Of a DNA stretch of 64,000 bases, positions 1 to 9,747 are shown piece by piece. Positions within the stretch are counted from its first letter, which is position 1, and every line of letters starts with the position of its first letter. Source of the stretch: a virus; IMG/VR virus record IMGVR_UViG_3300030419_003817, positions 1 to 64,000 of that record. The stretch is one strand, 5' to 3'. Made by a program: the position numbers and the translations under genes. Under the pieces are notes generated by a model. That model had not been told where the DNA came from and did no database searches. It worked only from the letters and a program-made list of their open reading frames with translations.

Positions 1-1783
1 CACATACTTTGTCCACCAATAACCCAAGGCGAAGATACACACTATCTGTATCACTTGCGACAACATAATCATAGTCCTCCGTACCGACTGTCTTATTTAA
101 AAATTCATTCAGTTTATCTGCTATCCACCGAATACTCAACTGTCCCGACAATGTGATTGCTTCCGCCATGTCAACATTGAAGTAACGAAACCATTCATTA
201 CCAATCGCTCCATAAGCGGAGTTCAATTGAATCTTACGAACCAACTGAAAGTTGTTGTATTTTGCAATCTCTTTGTCCAATTTAGAATTCAATGCTCCCT
301 TACCCAGAGAAGGCATATTCATCTTTGGAATCTCTTGCTTTTTCTTCTGACACTCAATCATCTTCTTCTTATACATCTTGCGTTCTTTGTACAACTTCTC
401 CATGAGTGCGGGAAGAAACCCCTGATGCTCTTTTGTATAACAGGTTCCATTTGCAGCAACAGAATAATTATTATTGGTGTGTAAATCAAGTGATTGTTTT
501 ACCCTTTGCTGTGATCCGTGTCCTGTTAAAATACTGTTTGGTGTGATTATATAATCTTTCTGCTGATCAATCATAGTTTCTGGACTGATATTGTATTGCA
601 TAATCAAGTGGGGATACAGACTGTTCAGGTCGAATGATACAACCCAATCATGCATACCAGTGATTGGTTCTTTTACATAAGCACCTGCATATTGAGCATC
701 CTTCTTGCTTGTAGTTTTTGGAGGAATAATGATATTATGCTCCATTAGGTAGTGATAAATTATACAATCCCACATTCGAACTTGACCAAAAACATCCATC
801 AAATTAACTTTCGCAGCATAGGCGAGAGAAACTGCAAGTTCTAACAGTTTCATTTTATCTTCCAATTTATCAACAAGTTCTACATCGACTACATTATATT
901 CCATAAACTTTTGAAAATCTTTTTTATAAAAATCCGACATGGTATCATATTCTTCATATGAAAGTTTTCTCTCACCTAATTCAACATAACAAATATGATC
1001 TAGTTTGTATGACTCTTGGTTTACATATGTAAAGGTTTGATATAGTTCATAATAATCTAATGTTGCTACCCCAACAATTTCATAGACCAATTGAGTTCTT
1101 CCCATCTTTGTGACTTCTCTTGATTTCAATGTTCTCCACGGAGAAAGTTTTCTAGAAAAATCATCACCAAAGATAGAATTCATTCTATTAATCATGTAGG
1201 GAATATCAAAGAATCTAATATTCCAACCAGTAACTACATCGGGATCAAGAGTTTCCCACAATTCAACGAAAGAAATTAAAAGTTCCTCTTCGTTCGAGAA
1301 TTGAAAACAATTTGTTTTCTCTTCTGTTATTTCAAATTCACCAAGACCCAAAACATATTTAATTCCATTCATCTTAACAGTGATCGCAATTATTTTTTCT
1401 GATGGATTGTTTACGTCAGGAAACCCATCCTCGCAAGTAGTTTCTATATCAATTACTGCTACGTTCAATTGAGAAAAATCATAATCGACTTCACCTTCAT
1501 ATTCATTGCCTATAAATTGATAAGTATAATCTGTGTTACCGTATATTTCAAAACCACTGACGCTTTTATATTTGTTAATAAACGAACGACAATCGTTTAT
1601 TGAGCCTGGTTGTATAGGTTCAACAAAACGACCATCAAGTGTTCTGTAAGATGTTTTCTTATTCGAAGGAATGAAAAGAGTAGGATTGAATTCTATTTTT
1701 TCTTTTACTCTCTCACCATCTTTATACCCTCGTAGAAGAATATTGTTTCCTCTCATGGAAACATTGGTATAAAAATCAGTCAT
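1..1783 (-). CDS. g43: DNA polymerase family B (T4 gp43-like), 3' end runs off the window
   Basis: Not in the ORF track. Manual translation from ATG at 1783 gives MTDFYTNVSMRGNNILLRG... with motif A SFDLNSLYPHLI (~602-640), motif B KIQLNSAYGAIGNEWFRY (~182-235) and motif C ASDTDS (~41-58). Confidence 0.97.
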   Translation of the reverse strand, partial: MTDFYTNVSMRGNNILLRGYKDGERVKEKIEFNPTLFIPSNKKTSYRTLDGRFVEPIQPGSINDCRSFINKYKSVSGFEIYGNTDYTYQFIGNEYEGEVDYDFSQLNVAVIDIETTCEDGFPDVNNPSEKIIAITVKMNGIKYVLGLGEFEITEEKTNCFQFSNEEELLISFVELWETLDPDVVTGWNIRFFDIPYMINRMNSIFGDDFSRKLSPWRTLKSREVTKMGRTQLVYEIVGVATLDYYELYQTFTYVNQESYKLDHICYVELGERKLSYEEYDTMSDFYKKDFQKFMEYNVVDVELVDKLEDKMKLLELAVSLAYAAKVNLMDVFGQVRMWDCIIYHYLMEHNIIIPPKTTSKKDAQYAGAYVKEPITGMHDWVVSFDLNSLYPHLIMQYNISPETMIDQQKDYIITPNSILTGHGSQQRVKQSLDLHTNNNYSVAANGTCYTKEHQGFLPALMEKLYKERKMYKKKMIECQKKKQEIPKMNMPSLGKGALNSKLDKEIAKYNNFQLVRKIQLNSAYGAIGNEWFRYFNVDMAEAITLSGQLSIRWIADKLNEFLNKTVGTEDYDYVVASDTDSVYLRLGLLVDKVC

Positions 1784-2093
1784 GTTTGTCTTTCAAAAAC
1801 GCACTAAATAAAACCATATAATTAATTATATCTACAATCGCATCCTCATACCCCTCATTATCTACCTTCAATGTACCAGAGTCAGCAAAAGTAGATAGAC
1901 GAGAAACTTTATCTACAACACGAACAAGAAACCCCTGTTCGGTCGAACAAACACCCATTGCTTCACACCTCTCAAAATTTGCAAATGGTGTGTCGCCCCC
2001 TTCTCCTGCATAGTCATGATTTTTCTTCTTCATCAATTCTTTTGCTTGATTGCAAATTGTTCCATGATGTTTTAAAAGTTCTTCACGATTCAT
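1776..2093 (-). CDS. DUF1599 / nucleotide modification associated domain 1 (Nmad1)-like, MazG-type helical protein
   Basis: KKKNHDYAG...FANF...RVVDKVSRL...EDAIVDIINY pattern; start moved to MNREE (2093), just after the dUTPase stop. Confidence 0.7.
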   Translation of the reverse strand: MNREELLKHHGTICNQAKELMKKKNHDYAGEGGDTPFANFERCEAMGVCSTEQGFLVRVVDKVSRLSTFADSGTLKVDNEGYEDAIVDIINYMVLFSAFLKDKHD

Positions 2094-2094
2094 A

Positions 2095-2652
2095 TCAAAC
2101 TCCTGTGCTTCCAAAACCACCAACTCTTTCTGTGGTCTGTTCTGGTATGTTCCCTGTTTCCTCTAGTTCATAATCGTATGTTTTTATCAGTTCACCTTGA
2201 GCAATTCTATCGCCATGATAAATACGAACTTCATCAGCACTTGCATTATACAACATGACGTATGTTTGGTGGTAGTAATCAGAATCAATTATACCTTCTC
2301 CGTTAGGAATAATCAAACCCTTCTTTAAAGAAATACTCGATCTTGCATGAAGACGAACAGAATGACCCTCTGGAATATCAAAAATAAGTCCAGTGGGAAC
2401 AAGCACTCTTTCGCCTGGCCATAATGAGAATCCTGTCTTAAATTCAGATCCCTCTACAGCCCATGTGCTACATTCTCTCAATTCTTTTTTGTTGCCCATT
2501 GTATATATTGTCACAACTGGCGTAGGTAAATTTGTTGTAATCCTACCTCTCTCGCAAATATAACAAAAAATATCAAAACAGGCTGATCCTGATGTGGAAA
2601 AAACTGGATCTATTGCATCATTTTTCATCTTGTAATATTTTAAATTAGACAT
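2095..2652 (-). CDS. dut: dUTPase (trimeric)
   Basis: Motifs GSACFD, ARSS, GIIDSDY, GDRIAQG, RVGGFGSTG. Confidence 0.96.
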   Translation of the reverse strand: MSNLKYYKMKNDAIDPVFSTSGSACFDIFCYICERGRITTNLPTPVVTIYTMGNKKELRECSTWAVEGSEFKTGFSLWPGERVLVPTGLIFDIPEGHSVRLHARSSISLKKGLIIPNGEGIIDSDYYHQTYVMLYNASADEVRIYHGDRIAQGELIKTYDYELEETGNIPEQTTERVGGFGSTGV

Positions 2653-2690
2653 ACCAAAAACTCCTTAAGCATTGTAAAACTCACAGTTTA

Positions 2691-2718
2691 ATTATACCAC
2701 AATAATCAAATGCTACAA
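2691..2718 (-). promoter_or_regulatory. sigma70-like promoter upstream of dut-Nmad1-g43
   Basis: Minus strand TTGTAG-N16-TATAAT with extended -10 TGn; AAGGAG RBS before dut. Confidence 0.55.
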
Positions 2719-2729
2719 CATCAATATAT

Positions 2730-3860
2730 TTAAAAGATAGAAATATCTTCGTAGTGTGTATAGTTTCCATAGCCTGGATCAGCGGCGGTTATTCCCATAT
2801 ATTGGAAAGGAGAAGGAACTCCAGAACCAAGAGAAGGCCATTGTGATGATGGTGTAAAATTCAAATCTCCTGTTGCTCCGAGATATTCTGGATTATGTCC
2901 GCTTGCGCCTGGGGTATATCCCATTAATACAAGATAATCATCACCAGAACCAGAAGCATAATAATCACCTAGTCTGTTGCTATAAAAAGTAGAATTATAT
3001 ACTCTCGTTCCTTTTGCGGAACTTGATGGTGTTATTCCATAACCTTGATTTGCAGCCCAAACACAATTAGTTATAGTAGAAGCACCACTGCCTGTTATGG
3101 TTAGACCATCGCCTGTATTTCCATGAAAAATGCAGTTACCTAATGCAAGTCCTGCATTGTGTATTCTTGCCCCATCGTTTCCATTATTGTGAAAAACGCT
3201 ATTACTTATTCGAGCGGACAATCCAAGATTTGCACCATATTCTTCATTTGAATCAAAACAACATTCATGGATTTGAGCAAAAAATGTTGACGTTGCTTCA
3301 AGTCCAGACTCTCCATTATGATCGAACCTACATCGATGAAAGTTCCAATAGTTAGCGTTGCCATTTGTCTGAACCCCAGAATCTGTAAAATTAGTAAATC
3401 TCATATTCATAAATGACATATTGTGCATGTTTGCAACAGAGGCTTCTATTCCATGTTCAGCACCAGTTGTTCCAGTAGCATTACCATCAAGAATCAAATT
3501 TGCAAATTGTAAATAATCAATTGAACTATGATTTAATGTAATCATTGGACTTACATCATCCCCAGTCCATTTCAAAGTTTGACGAGTACCATCTACTAAA
3601 CCATTAGTGGGATTTGCCCCAGTTATTAGTGCTTCTATGGTACTTGTATGAGTTGATGCTATTGTTTCGGAAACCTCTTCAGTTGTCAATATTCTTATTT
3701 GATCACCATCATTAACTGTGCCATCAGCAATTTTTGAAAACGCATGTGCTAAAGTTTTCCAAGGGGAACCATAACTACCATCATCTGAGTCATCACCAGA
3801 ATCATAGTTGCAATAATATAATACTTGATCACTTGTGTCACCTAACTTTTCAACAGACAT
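2730..3860 (-). CDS. Right-handed beta-helix (pectate-lyase-like) protein, probably virion-associated
   Basis: N-terminal GDDSDDGSYGSPWKTLAHA (DUF1565-like) followed by repeated xCxFxxNxxxG beta-helix rungs. Confidence 0.75.
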   Translation of the reverse strand: MSVEKLGDTSDQVLYYCNYDSGDDSDDGSYGSPWKTLAHAFSKIADGTVNDGDQIRILTTEEVSETIASTHTSTIEALITGANPTNGLVDGTRQTLKWTGDDVSPMITLNHSSIDYLQFANLILDGNATGTTGAEHGIEASVANMHNMSFMNMRFTNFTDSGVQTNGNANYWNFHRCRFDHNGESGLEATSTFFAQIHECCFDSNEEYGANLGLSARISNSVFHNNGNDGARIHNAGLALGNCIFHGNTGDGLTITGSGASTITNCVWAANQGYGITPSSSAKGTRVYNSTFYSNRLGDYYASGSGDDYLVLMGYTPGASGHNPEYLGATGDLNFTPSSQWPSLGSGVPSPFQYMGITAADPGYGNYTHYEDISIF

Positions 3861-3872
3861 TTATTTCTCCTA

Positions 3873-5222
3873 CTAACCTCTTCTTATAATGTTAAGACAC
3901 AATGTACATGCTGTAAGACCAGAAACCGAATCAACATGAAATTCTAAAATATCACCCGCAGCAAAAGTTGTCTTTGTCCAGTTCACAGTTCCATCTCTCG
4001 CTGATGTTTGATTTGATAAAGATGGCAAACTAGATCCAGCAACACTTGTGAGGTTAGGCCACTGAGCATGTCCACCAGAATTTATATCAAATTGAATGCT
4101 ACCTTGCGATGGTGAATAGACTGTCCATGAATCAACTGAACATTTATAGGGTATTACTCTTATTCCCTTGTTTCCTGTTGTAAGGAAATTTTGATTTCCT
4201 GTTCTTAAAGAAATTCCTATAGTATCTTTTTGTGTTCCATCTAAAGTTGTTCCATCTGGAAACTCTATATAACTTCCAACATTGACGTTACCACCGAATG
4301 TTGCACCACCCTCTGCGGAAATACCACCATGAAAAAGAACTGTGCCAGTACCGTGAGTACCAGTTCCTTCAATTCGCATTCTCTTTGTACCATCAGTAGC
4401 GAAGTCTATTCCTACATCGTTGTCGGTATCAAAATATGGTGTGTCTTCCTGAAATTGTCCTATACCAATATCAAGAGCATGGTAATTATTATCTTGCGAG
4501 AGTCTAATTAATGGGTTGTCTGTTTCAGTCGCATTGTCTGTATCTGCAAGAATATAAAGTGCAACATCTCCTGCACTTCTAATTTGAACATCTCCACCGA
4601 ATGTTGCTCCGCGATCCGAGACAGACCCGAATGTTGCACCCCCTACAATAACCTGCGTTGGTGTCACATCAACCATCACATTTCCTGATTGTTGCAACTC
4701 TAATCCATCACTACCAGCACCATGTTTGTCGTTTACAAATTTAATTTGGGTGTCAGCATCACCAGCACTTCTTAATGCACTACCACCACCCGTTCCAAAA
4801 TCAATATTGGCTGCGAACATATCAATCGAAGATGAACCAGAACCCGCACCGTTGAACACAATCTTTTCTGTATCTCCACCAATCTTAACTTCGCCGTCTT
4901 CTGGTAATAGAAGATTACCACCCAGATTCAAGTCCCCTGACATTGTTATTCCGCCAGTAATTCCAAGAGTGCTACCAGAAAAATAAAGATTGTCGCTTGC
5001 ACTAAAACCACCATTGAACATGAAGTTCAATTGTCCGTCTTGTCCTGCGGGTTGTTCAGCAGAGGGACCAGCAAAGAGAGTAACGGTATTCCCACTTTCA
5101 TTGCCAACAAACACTCTTTGGTCAGCAATATTGATAGCAAGTTCACCGGCGGTAAGTCCTGTTGGAACAGAACCTACGGTTTCACTTCTTTTAATTTTAA
5201 TTAATGTGTCGCCAGTTGTCAT
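3873..5222 (-). CDS. Tail-fibre-like structural protein
   Basis: N-terminal IKIKRS...PTGLTAGELAIN.ADQRVFVG typical of phage fibre N-termini; Gly/Thr-rich; GATFG repeats; FATDGTKRMRI and IEFPDGT fibre motifs. Confidence 0.7.
   Translation of the reverse strand: MTTGDTLIKIKRSETVGSVPTGLTAGELAINIADQRVFVGNESGNTVTLFAGPSAEQPAGQDGQLNFMFNGGFSASDNLYFSGSTLGITGGITMSGDLNLGGNLLLPEDGEVKIGGDTEKIVFNGAGSGSSSIDMFAANIDFGTGGGSALRSAGDADTQIKFVNDKHGAGSDGLELQQSGNVMVDVTPTQVIVGGATFGSVSDRGATFGGDVQIRSAGDVALYILADTDNATETDNPLIRLSQDNNYHALDIGIGQFQEDTPYFDTDNDVGIDFATDGTKRMRIEGTGTHGTGTVLFHGGISAEGGATFGGNVNVGSYIEFPDGTTLDGTQKDTIGISLRTGNQNFLTTGNKGIRVIPYKCSVDSWTVYSPSQGSIQFDINSGGHAQWPNLTSVAGSSLPSLSNQTSARDGTVNWTKTTFAAGDILEFHVDSVSGLTACTLCLNIIRRG
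4291..4640 (-). repeat. Three near-identical 14-17 nt repeats encoding GATFG within the fibre gene
   Basis: ccgaatgttgc(a/t)cc at 4291-4307, 4594-4610 and 4627-4640. Confidence 0.6.
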
Positions 5223-5231
5223 ATCTTATCC

Positions 5232-5459
5232 CTACTTCAAAATCAAAGTAACAGAGTTTGTGTCTTGTTTCTTAAGTGCCAATTTATTATACTTTGTTAT
5301 GATGATGGACTTGGTTGTGGTGCTTTGTTTCTTTACAATTATCCCATCCTTAATCTTAACAATTTTGTTTTTTCTTTCACCCTCAATCAAAATCTTATTA
5401 AAATCATTATTTTTTGTTACTTTATTTTCTCTCTGTTCTTCTATAATAAGTTTTCTCAT
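5232..5459 (-). CDS. Small basic hypothetical protein
   Basis: 75 aa ORF, ATGA-coupled to the upstream gene, fills the gap. Confidence 0.55.
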   Translation of the reverse strand: MRKLIIEEQRENKVTKNNDFNKILIEGERKNKIVKIKDGIIVKKQSTTTKSIIITKYNKLALKKQDTNSVTLILK

Positions 5460-5923
5460 TTAGTAACTTCTCCATCGACATTGAACCTGCCCTGAAGAAT
5501 TCTAGTAATATTTTCTGTGGTAGAACCTGCTGTCCCTGTAGAAAGTTCTATGTCATAGACATGACTTCCTATTGGTAAGTCTTTAGTTGTGTATGAAGAA
5601 ACCTCAAAGAAGATACCACCAGTAACAGTTCCCGCAGTTCCTGTGTTCAACTTGATACCACCAGAACCACCAATTCCGTATGTTCCTCCGTTTGTAAGAC
5701 CTACAGGAACAGAGGTGAATTCACCAGTTACTCCACCTCCTGTAACACCGGCGGTTGTTAATTCCAATATTTTCTTTGTTGCCGTTTTACTACGGCGAAC
5801 CTGCATCCTTGCATCATTATAAACCGAAAGGTCAATAGATGCTCCAGTGCCTGTTTGATAATTCAGATAGAGACTAAAATTAGACCCTTGTTCTGTGTCT
5901 ATGTCGTAATTTCCTGCGGCCAA
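5456..5923 (-). CDS. Phage structural/fibre-adaptor-like protein
   Basis: TTG start with GAGGAG RBS; pattern YDI..EQGS.F...ARMQVR...YDIEL...RILQGRF.V..EVT common in phage tail adaptor proteins. Confidence 0.65.
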   Translation of the reverse strand: MAAGNYDIDTEQGSNFSLYLNYQTGTGASIDLSVYNDARMQVRRSKTATKKILELTTAGVTGGGVTGEFTSVPVGLTNGGTYGIGGSGGIKLNTGTAGTVTGGIFFEVSSYTTKDLPIGSHVYDIELSTGTAGSTTENITRILQGRFNVDGEVTK

Positions 5924-5963
5924 AACAATTCTCCTCTTTTATAGAACTACACTTATATGTATT

Positions 5964-7229
5964 CTATTTCTTCTTTCTCTTTTTATACCCCTTTTTTGGC
6001 TCTATTTTTCCCTTTTTCTTTTCTTTGTTTTTAGATTTCTTTTCTTCTTTCCTTTTTAGGATTTTAGTTTGCTCTTGTTGTAAGTTGTGAGTCTGAATGT
6101 CTGTAAGAACTCTCTTATAGGTATCCAAGTTTTTCTCAATTCTATCTCTGTCCTCTTGGGGGCAAAGATTCTTATCCAGAATATACCTACACGCGGCCGC
6201 ACCCTGCTCAAAATCATGACAATAAAAAGCAGTTGCACCAATTTCATCTACACACATCCACCTATAAACATCTTCAGAGATGAATAAGATATCCTGTTCT
6301 GGGATTTTGAGTTCTGCGGCATGTTTTGCATACAGGTATGCCTGACGAGGTTCGCCCCTACTTCTATGCAATCTTGCCAATTGGTGCAAAGGTTCTGCAC
6401 GAATTGGTCTGTATGCCCATGCTTGCAAATATCGTTCGGATTGTTCCTGCCAAGGTCTGTCAAGTATAGTCGATATAATTGCCATTCTGAACATTGAGTA
6501 GTAAACTTCTTCTTCCCATCCACCCAAATTTGCTCTGTCTAGATATGCTGTTTCTGCCTTCTCGAATTGCTGAGAATCAAAATATGATTGAGCAAGGTAG
6601 AACTGATACCTTGAGTTTTTTGGTTCATAGTTTGGAGAGTCTGGATTTGTAAGGGCATCAAGAAGCATATCTGCATCTTTCGTATATTTTTCAACAGCAG
6701 AAATGCCAACATTTCTGTTACCCATTGTCCGTGCTTCAATGTGATAATTACCATCAATTCTTGCTTGCTTCAATTCTTCTGGTTTCTTACCGTTACATGC
6801 GGCGTACTCGTGTAAAACACCCTCATAACCCCAATCAATTCCTGTCTTAAAAATTTGATTTCTCCACCAAGTGAAATCTCCTCTTTGTATTTTGAGAGAA
6901 TAACCATCTGCGTTCATTGGTTCTGGGAATTGAAAATCACCCTCCACATAATCGTCTGCATCAATCATCCATGCGTAATCTGCCTTACCGTCACACAATC
7001 CTAAAGCACGAGTTCTAGATTTACCAAAACCCTCCCAAGGAACTTCATGAAGTTCGCCTGGAATTCCCTTCTTCTCAAAGAAGTCTTTAATCATGTCTTG
7101 TGTTCCATCTGTAGAACCAGTATCACAAATTACCCAATAGTCGATATATTGAGACATACTTTCAAGGCAAGATTCGATGATGTGTGTTTCATCTTTTACA
7201 ATCATACACAATGTAATTTTTGGTTTCAT
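5964..7229 (-). CDS. GT2 glycosyltransferase with TPR-like C-terminus (SunS/peptide-glycosyltransferase-like architecture)
   Basis: ITLCMIVKDE, DTGSTDGT, WMIDADD (DxD), GVLHE; then helical repeats (FYLAQSYFD, RAEPLHQLA); Lys-rich tail. Confidence 0.9.
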   Translation of the reverse strand: MKPKITLCMIVKDETHIIESCLESMSQYIDYWVICDTGSTDGTQDMIKDFFEKKGIPGELHEVPWEGFGKSRTRALGLCDGKADYAWMIDADDYVEGDFQFPEPMNADGYSLKIQRGDFTWWRNQIFKTGIDWGYEGVLHEYAACNGKKPEELKQARIDGNYHIEARTMGNRNVGISAVEKYTKDADMLLDALTNPDSPNYEPKNSRYQFYLAQSYFDSQQFEKAETAYLDRANLGGWEEEVYYSMFRMAIISTILDRPWQEQSERYLQAWAYRPIRAEPLHQLARLHRSRGEPRQAYLYAKHAAELKIPEQDILFISEDVYRWMCVDEIGATAFYCHDFEQGAAACRYILDKNLCPQEDRDRIEKNLDTYKRVLTDIQTHNLQQEQTKILKRKEEKKSKNKEKKKGKIEPKKGYKKRKKK

Positions 7230-7230
7230 A

Positions 7231-8082
7231 TTATTCCTCTACAGAAAGAACTGCTGATTTACTAGTCGCCCAATCTCTATTCTTTCTTAATTCTAGATTT
7301 TGTTCCCACACTGCTTTAAGAACTTTGGGGTCGAGTCCACATTGTTCCATAGTCGTGATTAATGCATTTGTATCTTTGGGGAAGCATGTTCCACCAAAAC
7401 CATAATCCCCATCTGGTCCTGGCACATTCCAATGAGAGTCTGAAATTCTATAATCAGCAATGACTGCTTCGCATACAGTTTTATAATCTGTACCAAACTT
7501 TTCAGATAGCAACTTCATTTCGTTGAAGAACATTACCTTTGTTGCTAGAAAACAATTAGCATAATATTTCACAGACTCTGATTCATTTGAAGTCATTGTG
7601 TACACAGGTATACAAGGGAAACATTCTTGGTATAACTCTCGAACCTTTCCAAGAGAGATAAGATTTCTTCCACCAATCACTGTCCTGTCTGCGTTTACAA
7701 AGTCTTCCTCTGCATTTGCGGCAGTAAGAAACTCTGGATTATGCACTATATCCAACCATGAAAATTTATCCTGTAACATTTCTGTAGTTCCGATTGGAAC
7801 AGTTGACTTAACAATGAAGACAGGAAAATCTCCATCAAACTCATCTGGGTCTAATGAAGAGAAAAAGTTTTCAATGATAGAAAGATTACACTCTCCGCCA
7901 TTTTCATTTACCATAGGTGTTGGTAAACAAACAAAAACAAATTCTGTGTTAAGAGTTTCGTTTAGTGTGTGTGTACTGCGTTCTCTATCAACATCGTACA
8001 CACGAACATCTGCAAAATCACCAAATCCTGTTGCGACTGCATTCCCAACAAACCCATTACCAATAACGCCAATACTTCTCAT
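7231..8082 (-). CDS. UDP-glucose/GDP-mannose dehydrogenase family (short form)
   Basis: GNGFVG Rossmann motif, CLPTP, KSTVPIGT, NPEFL, catalytic GFGGTCFPKD. Confidence 0.93.
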   Translation of the reverse strand: MRSIGVIGNGFVGNAVATGFGDFADVRVYDVDRERSTHTLNETLNTEFVFVCLPTPMVNENGGECNLSIIENFFSSLDPDEFDGDFPVFIVKSTVPIGTTEMLQDKFSWLDIVHNPEFLTAANAEEDFVNADRTVIGGRNLISLGKVRELYQECFPCIPVYTMTSNESESVKYYANCFLATKVMFFNEMKLLSEKFGTDYKTVCEAVIADYRISDSHWNVPGPDGDYGFGGTCFPKDTNALITTMEQCGLDPKVLKAVWEQNLELRKNRDWATSKSAVLSVEE

Positions 8083-8101
8083 GATATAATCACTCCGTAA
8101 T

Positions 8102-9091
8102 TTATTTCCAAAAACTGTAGATTCCTTTGTCTACCTCATATGTATCAAATCTTTGTTGAACTCTTTCTGGTTGTTCTTTTGCCCACTCCCACATTTCAAT
8201 GAGGCCATCTTCTAAATTCATCGTCTCTGTATAGTCTAATACCTCCACAGACTTTTGATGTGTCGACCAAGCATGTTTAACTTCGTGTCTTTCCTCAAGA
8301 TGTTTAATTTCACCACCACCCATAACACCAATCAAAATATTTGCGGCATCAATAATTGAGTGTTCGTTTATTCCACCAAGATTTATAATTTCCTTTGAAG
8401 CACGACTGTCTGTTGCCGCTTTCCAGAATGGTTCAAGGCAATCATCAATATAACTAAATGCCCTTGTTTGACTTCCATCTCCATATATTGTGATAGGATT
8501 ACCGTTTAGGTGTTGGTACATCCAAATACCAAGTACATTTCGATATTTGTCCCAGATGTTTTGCTTTTTGCCATAAACATTGTGTGGCCTAATGATACAC
8601 CAATCCAACCCATGTTGCTCTCCCGCAATCTGAATGTCCTTTTCACATGCCGCCTTTGCGACACCATATGAGTCAATTGGGTTGCAGTTAAGTTCTTCCG
8701 CAAACGGGGGATTGTTTTCCCCATAAACTGCCATACTTGAAGTGAACACCAATCTCTTCACATCGTGGTTGATGCAATTGTTTACAATGTTTGCTGTCGC
8801 AACTAGATTGTTTGTATAGTTGAATGTTCGAATGAACGGACTCAACCCCTCTGCGGCATATGCGGCGAAGTGATAAACATAATCAATGTCGTGTTTGGAG
8901 AAAACTTCATTTAGTTCTTTTCCCTCTACTTTAATCGGATAAAAGATTACATCCTCGTGTATGTTTTCAACATAACCACCACTTAAATCGTCTACACCTA
9001 TTACCGTTGCATCTGGTTGATTTTCAACAATCCAGTCTGCTAAACGAGAACCGAGTAAACCTGCCACACCTGTAATTAAAATATTCATCAA
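8102..9091 (-). CDS. NAD-dependent nucleotide-sugar epimerase/dehydratase (extended SDR)
   Basis: ITGVAGLLG, SSMAVYG, YGVAK (YxxxK), RPHNVYG, GDGSQTRAF. Confidence 0.93.
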   Translation of the reverse strand: MMNILITGVAGLLGSRLADWIVENQPDATVIGVDDLSGGYVENIHEDVIFYPIKVEGKELNEVFSKHDIDYVYHFAAYAAEGLSPFIRTFNYTNNLVATANIVNNCINHDVKRLVFTSSMAVYGENNPPFAEELNCNPIDSYGVAKAACEKDIQIAGEQHGLDWCIIRPHNVYGKKQNIWDKYRNVLGIWMYQHLNGNPITIYGDGSQTRAFSYIDDCLEPFWKAATDSRASKEIINLGGINEHSIIDAANILIGVMGGGEIKHLEERHEVKHAWSTHQKSVEVLDYTETMNLEDGLIEMWEWAKEQPERVQQRFDTYEVDKGIYSFWK

Positions 9092-9747
9092 TAAGTGACC
9101 TTTTTCTTCTTATGCCTTATTTCAACTATATGTTCTTTATATGGTTTTATTTTATTATATGTAGTATCAGTTTTCCAACAAGCATAATTAAAACTTAATT
9201 GGTCACGATAACTATATTCATGAACCATTGACCACCACACATCATTTAACTTTTGTATTTTGTCTGTGTTCTTTCTTACTATTAAGTGACATGCTGACAA
9301 TCCATTCTTTTCTGGATATCCATCTTCTTGAATGTGTTTCATTTCGGCATCTACAATTTCTGGTTTTTCATATTTAAGAACATCTCTTATTTCTTTTGCT
9401 TCGTCATAAAGACATGAACGATATGGATTGTTATGCAGTGCAATATCTTTATCTTGTAAGAACTTTTCGATGTAAAATTCTGGTGATTTGTTTATAAACA
9501 TATTAGAATCAAAGTATATGGTGTAATCATAATCTGGAAGAACTATATGAGAATTGATTTTTGGATATCTAGAAGTCTTTCTTTCGTTCTCTACTATTTT
9601 GGGCAACTCTTTCATCTTCCATACGGAACTTTCAAAGGGGTTGTCAGTAAACATAAAAACATCAGCATCGCCCAAATATGAAGCATCATCTGGTTCTAAA
9701 GGTCTATCATAACCGCCTACATTTACAGAATATAATGCAATTTTCAT
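9088..9747 (-). CDS. DUF616 (TOD1/MUCI70-like) glycosyltransferase
   Basis: GGYD, MFTD, SRYPKI, IYFDSN, R.CLYDEA, RDQLSFNY; start at MKIAL overlaps the upstream stop. Confidence 0.8.
   Translation of the reverse strand: MKIALYSVNVGGYDRPLEPDDASYLGDADVFMFTDNPFESSVWKMKELPKIVENERKTSRYPKINSHIVLPDYDYTIYFDSNMFINKSPEFYIEKFLQDKDIALHNNPYRSCLYDEAKEIRDVLKYEKPEIVDAEMKHIQEDGYPEKNGLSACHLIVRKNTDKIQKLNDVWWSMVHEYSYRDQLSFNYACWKTDTTYNKIKPYKEHIVEIRHKKKKVTY

Noticed and set aside
3873-5222. Diversity-generating retroelement target (fibre with short repeats)
   Set aside because: No reverse transcriptase and no ~100-bp template/variable repeat pair in the window; repeats are only 14-17 nt
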